A stretch of DNA of 64,000 bases from an uncultured delta proteobacterium (GTDB lineage: Bacteria; Myxococcota_A; Polyangia; Polyangiales; Houyiibacteriaceae): positions 704,001-768,000 of the forward strand of contig CAVOVB010000003.1 of the NCBI GenBank assembly GCA_963699755.1, in the 5' to 3' direction. Of the stretch, positions 61,061-64,000 are shown one piece after another. The position numbers were made by a program, and so were the translations under genes. Positions within the stretch are counted from its first letter, which is position 1. Each line of letters starts with the position of its first letter. Under the pieces are notes generated by a model. The model saw only the letters and a program-made list of their open reading frames with translations, was not told the DNA's origin and did no database searches.

Positions 61061-62056
61061 ATGAGGAACAAAGAGATTGGCATACTGCTCGGGGGCGTCA
61101 GCGCGGAGCGCGACATCTCCCTCAAGACCGGCGAAGCCATGTTCGAAGCGCTCAAGGCCCGCGGCTACCGAGTTCAGAAGGTCTTCGTTGACGGGGATAT
61201 CGACCGGGTGCTCCGGCAGACCCGCATCGACGTCGCGGTGATCGCCCTTCATGGCACCTACGGCGAGGATGGATGTATCCAGGGAATGCTCGAAATCATG
61301 GGCATCCCGTACACCGGATCGGGCGTCCTTTCGAGCGCTCTGGCGATGGACAAGCTCAAGAGCAAGGAGCTTTTTCGACTCCACAACGTTCCCACGCCTT
61401 CGTACTACGTGTTGCGGCGAGACGACCTCGACCGTCTCGAGCAGATCCATGGCTCCTTTGGGTTCCCGAGCTTCGTGAAGCCCCGGAGCGGCGGCTCGAG
61501 CGTCGGTGCGGGAGCGGCCACGAATCTGAGCGAGCTTTACGAGCGCTGCGAGGACTCGGCGCGTTTCGACCACTGGATCCTGGTCGAACGTTTGATTCGC
61601 GGCCGCGAGGTGGCGGTTGGCATTCTCGATGGGAGCGCGCTCGGCGCCATTGAAATCGAGCCCAAGGGTGGCTTCTACGACTACAAGTCGAAGTACCAGA
61701 AGGGACAGAGCGAGTACCATTTCCCTGCCCGGCTTTCGCCGACTCGCTACCAGTGCGTGCTGAATCTCGCCGAGCGAGCGGTTCATGCGGTGGGCGCGAC
61801 CGGAGCGTGTCGCGTCGACCTCCTGGTGACCTCGGATGAGAACGAATACGTGCTCGAGGTGAACACCCTGCCCGGCATGACGCCTACGTCCTTGCTCCCC
61901 AAAATCGCGGCAGGGGCCGGCTATGACTTCGGTGACCTCTGCGAGGCCATCCTAGAGCGGGCTGCCCTACACATCGGCGAGGGGCTTCCAAGCGTCTCTG
62001 AGGCCGAGCGCGCCGCATTCGGGGCTCGTCGGGTGCCGATCGCGCCCGCCGAATAG
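61061..62056 (+). CDS. ddl: D-alanine--D-alanine ligase
   Basis: GGVSAERDISL, LHGTYGEDGCIQG, MDK, FYDYKSKY, EVNTLPGMT; GAGGAG RBS. Confidence 0.97.
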   Translation: MRNKEIGILLGGVSAERDISLKTGEAMFEALKARGYRVQKVFVDGDIDRVLRQTRIDVAVIALHGTYGEDGCIQGMLEIMGIPYTGSGVLSSALAMDKLKSKELFRLHNVPTPSYYVLRRDDLDRLEQIHGSFGFPSFVKPRSGGSSVGAGAATNLSELYERCEDSARFDHWILVERLIRGREVAVGILDGSALGAIEIEPKGGFYDYKSKYQKGQSEYHFPARLSPTRYQCVLNLAERAVHAVGATGACRVDLLVTSDENEYVLEVNTLPGMTPTSLLPKIAAGAGYDFGDLCEAILERAALHIGEGLPSVSEAERAAFGARRVPIAPAE

Positions 62057-62130
62057 TGCAATCCCGCGCCCACGAGCTCGTCATACGGGGGGTCCACCCT
62101 CGCGGCGACCGAATCTCTCTATGATCATTC

Positions 62131-62160
62131 TTGACAATACCGATGTGGGAACACATAGAT
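62131..62160 (+). promoter_or_regulatory. promoter with overlapping palindromic operator candidate
   Basis: TTGACA at 62131, CATAGA 17 bp downstream; ATGTG-ggaa-CACAT at 62143-62156. Confidence 0.5.
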
Positions 62161-62169
62161 CACCGTCCG

Positions 62170-62622
62170 GTGAAACTCTCGAATAAGGGCCGATATGGCG
62201 TCCGAGCCATTTTCGACATCGCTTTTCACAGCGGTGGCAGCGCCACGCAGATCAAAGACATCTCGCGTCGGCAGGCCATCCCGCCGCGGTTCCTCGAGCA
62301 AATTTTTCAGGACCTCAAGCGAGCCGGGTTGGTGACGTCCAAGCGTGGGCCCCGAGGCGGTTACGCTCTATCGATGACCGCGGACGATATACGGCTCGGT
62401 GACATCGTGCGAGCCCTCGAAGGACCCGTCGTGCTGGCGGGCCACGACGGGAATGGCGATGCTGACGAAACCAGCCGCGTCGTGACTGAAACCGTCTTCT
62501 CAGAGCTTTCTGAAAGCATCGAGGCGTGCTTCGACGCGGTCACGATCCAAGATCTATGTGATCGAGGCGATTCGCACGGCATTCGACGCGCCCCGCCTCG
62601 ACGTTACGTGTATTCAATCTGA
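62170..62622 (+). CDS. Rrf2-family regulator (CymR-like, no IscR Cys triad)
   Basis: KGRYGVRA, IPPRFLEQIF..LKRAGLVTSKRGPRGGY, LEG; GTG start at 62170. Confidence 0.92.
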   Translation: MKLSNKGRYGVRAIFDIAFHSGGSATQIKDISRRQAIPPRFLEQIFQDLKRAGLVTSKRGPRGGYALSMTADDIRLGDIVRALEGPVVLAGHDGNGDADETSRVVTETVFSELSESIEACFDAVTIQDLCDRGDSHGIRRAPPRRYVYSI

Positions 62623-63548
62623 TGTCCCCAGTGGTTGTCGATAGCGTGCTCGATTTGGTGGGTGAAACTCCGGTAGTGCGTTTGCGCAATCTCTCCCCCG
62701 AAGGCGGCGCGACGATTTGGGGCAAGTGCGAGCACCTCAATCCTGGTGGTTCGGTCAAAGATCGGATCTGCCTCGCGATGATCGAAGCAGCCGAAGCGGA
62801 GGGCCGATTGAAGCCGGGCGACACTATTGTCGAGCCTACGAGTGGCAACACCGGCATCGGCCTGGCGCTGGTCTGCGCGCGTAAGGGCTACAAGCTCGTG
62901 CTCACAATGCCTGCGAGCATGTCGCTCGAGCGGCGTGCCCTGCTCGAGGCATACGGAGTAGAAATCGTGCTGACCGAGCCCGATCGGGTGATGGAAGGAG
63001 CGATGGAAGCAGCGCGCCGCATCGTCGAAGAGCGGGGCGCGTTCATGCCCGAGCAGTTTTCGAATCCGGCCAATCCAGGTGTGCACCGTCGCACGACCGC
63101 GCCAGAGCTGCTGCGGGCGTTCGAAGCACAAAGCATCGACGCCTTCGTGGCTGCGGTTGGCACGGGAGGAACCGTGAGTGGCGTCGGCGAGGCACTGAAG
63201 GCGCGCAATCCCGAGACCCGCGTATTCGCGGTGGAACCAGCCGCGAGCCCCGTGCTGATCGGTGGTCCTCCGGGGCCGACCAAAATCCAAGGGCTCAACG
63301 CAGGCTTCATTCCAGACAACTACCATGGCGATGTCGTCGACGAGGTCATCGGCGTGAGCGATCAGGACGCCTGGGAGACCAAGCTCGCGCTCGCCAAGCG
63401 AGAGGGTCTGCTTCTCGGCATCAGTGCGGGCGCAAACGTTTGGGCTGCGATCGAAGTCGCCAAGCAACTCGGGCCGGACAAAACGGTCGCGACCATTCTC
63501 TGCGACACCGGCGAGCGCTACTTCAGCTTGGGGGAGTACTTCAAGTGA
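62622..63548 (+). CDS. cysK: cysteine synthase A
   Basis: NPGGSVKDR, EPTSGNTG, QFSNPAN, GTGGT, IQG, GISAGA, DTGERY. Confidence 0.96.
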   Translation: MSPVVVDSVLDLVGETPVVRLRNLSPEGGATIWGKCEHLNPGGSVKDRICLAMIEAAEAEGRLKPGDTIVEPTSGNTGIGLALVCARKGYKLVLTMPASMSLERRALLEAYGVEIVLTEPDRVMEGAMEAARRIVEERGAFMPEQFSNPANPGVHRRTTAPELLRAFEAQSIDAFVAAVGTGGTVSGVGEALKARNPETRVFAVEPAASPVLIGGPPGPTKIQGLNAGFIPDNYHGDVVDEVIGVSDQDAWETKLALAKREGLLLGISAGANVWAAIEVAKQLGPDKTVATILCDTGERYFSLGEYFK

Positions 63549-64000
63549 AAGACGCGCATCGCGTTCTCGTCGTCGGAGCAGGTGGCCTCGGCTCTCCGGT
63601 GCTTCGCTTGCTCGCGCGGAGCGGCATCGCGCACATCACGGTCATCGATGACGACCGCGTGGAGGAAAGCAATCTTCACCGGCAGACGCTCTACCAAAGC
63701 GACGACGTCGGGCGCTCGAAGATCGAGCGCGCAGTCGAAGTGCTTCGCGAGATTTCGCCAAGGCTTTCGGTGCACGCGATCGAAGGCCGCTTCGTACCGG
63801 AGAGGGCCATGGAGCTCTTGAAAGAGCACAGCCTCGTGGTCGAAGGCGCGGACAACCTCGCGACCAAGTTTCTCGTTGCCGATGCCGCGCACCTCTGCGC
63901 GGTCCCTGCAGTGCAGGCGGGCGCAGTTCGTTGGGCCGGCTGGGCGTTCTGCGGACTGCCCGATTCGGCTTGCCTCCGCTGCCTCTTCGAGGACATCCCC
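63545..64000 (+). CDS. ThiF/MoeB/HesA-family adenylyltransferase (3' truncated; absent from the track)
   Basis: GTG at 63545: VLVVGAGGLGSP...IDDDRVEESNLHRQ; ends ...CLRCLFEDIP at the window edge. Confidence 0.9.
   Translation, partial: MKDAHRVLVVGAGGLGSPVLRLLARSGIAHITVIDDDRVEESNLHRQTLYQSDDVGRSKIERAVEVLREISPRLSVHAIEGRFVPERAMELLKEHSLVVEGADNLATKFLVADAAHLCAVPAVQAGAVRWAGWAFCGLPDSACLRCLFEDIP

Overview
GC-rich (roughly 65% by eye) bacterial chromosome segment. Gene content (Hanks kinase, PP2C, Cys-rich lipoproteins, MshEN-like and HARE-HTH proteins, type-2 IleRS) suggests Myxococcota, probably Polyangia-like; this is inference. It is mostly densely packed core genome: gap-pgk-tpiA-secG; mutS-pheA-hisC-aroA-cmk-rpsA; bcp-scpA-scpB-glyQ-glyS-ppdK; parAB, folD, ileS, lspA-lgt; 5-oxoprolinase; iscS-mnmA-RNA methyltransferase-nrdR-ribD-ribE-ribB(X)-ribH-nusB; ddl; Rrf2-cysK-ThiF. 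I found no tRNA, rRNA, CRISPR array, transposase or phage gene. The best leads are: (1) a 185-nt rod-shaped element with strand-biased G-U pairing between parB and folD; (2) a degenerate dispersed repeat shared by two convergent intergenic regions; (3) a 59-aa acidic ORF missing from the ORF track and divergent from parAB; (4) a START/AHSA1 domain fused to a very long histone-H1-like repeat tail; (5) a double HARE-HTH protein with an apparently dead Mrr-like nuclease domain and a structured leader; (6) an RHH-like regulator with phased operator-like repeats; (7) a PheA with eroded catalytic motifs. All calls are by eye, without database searches.
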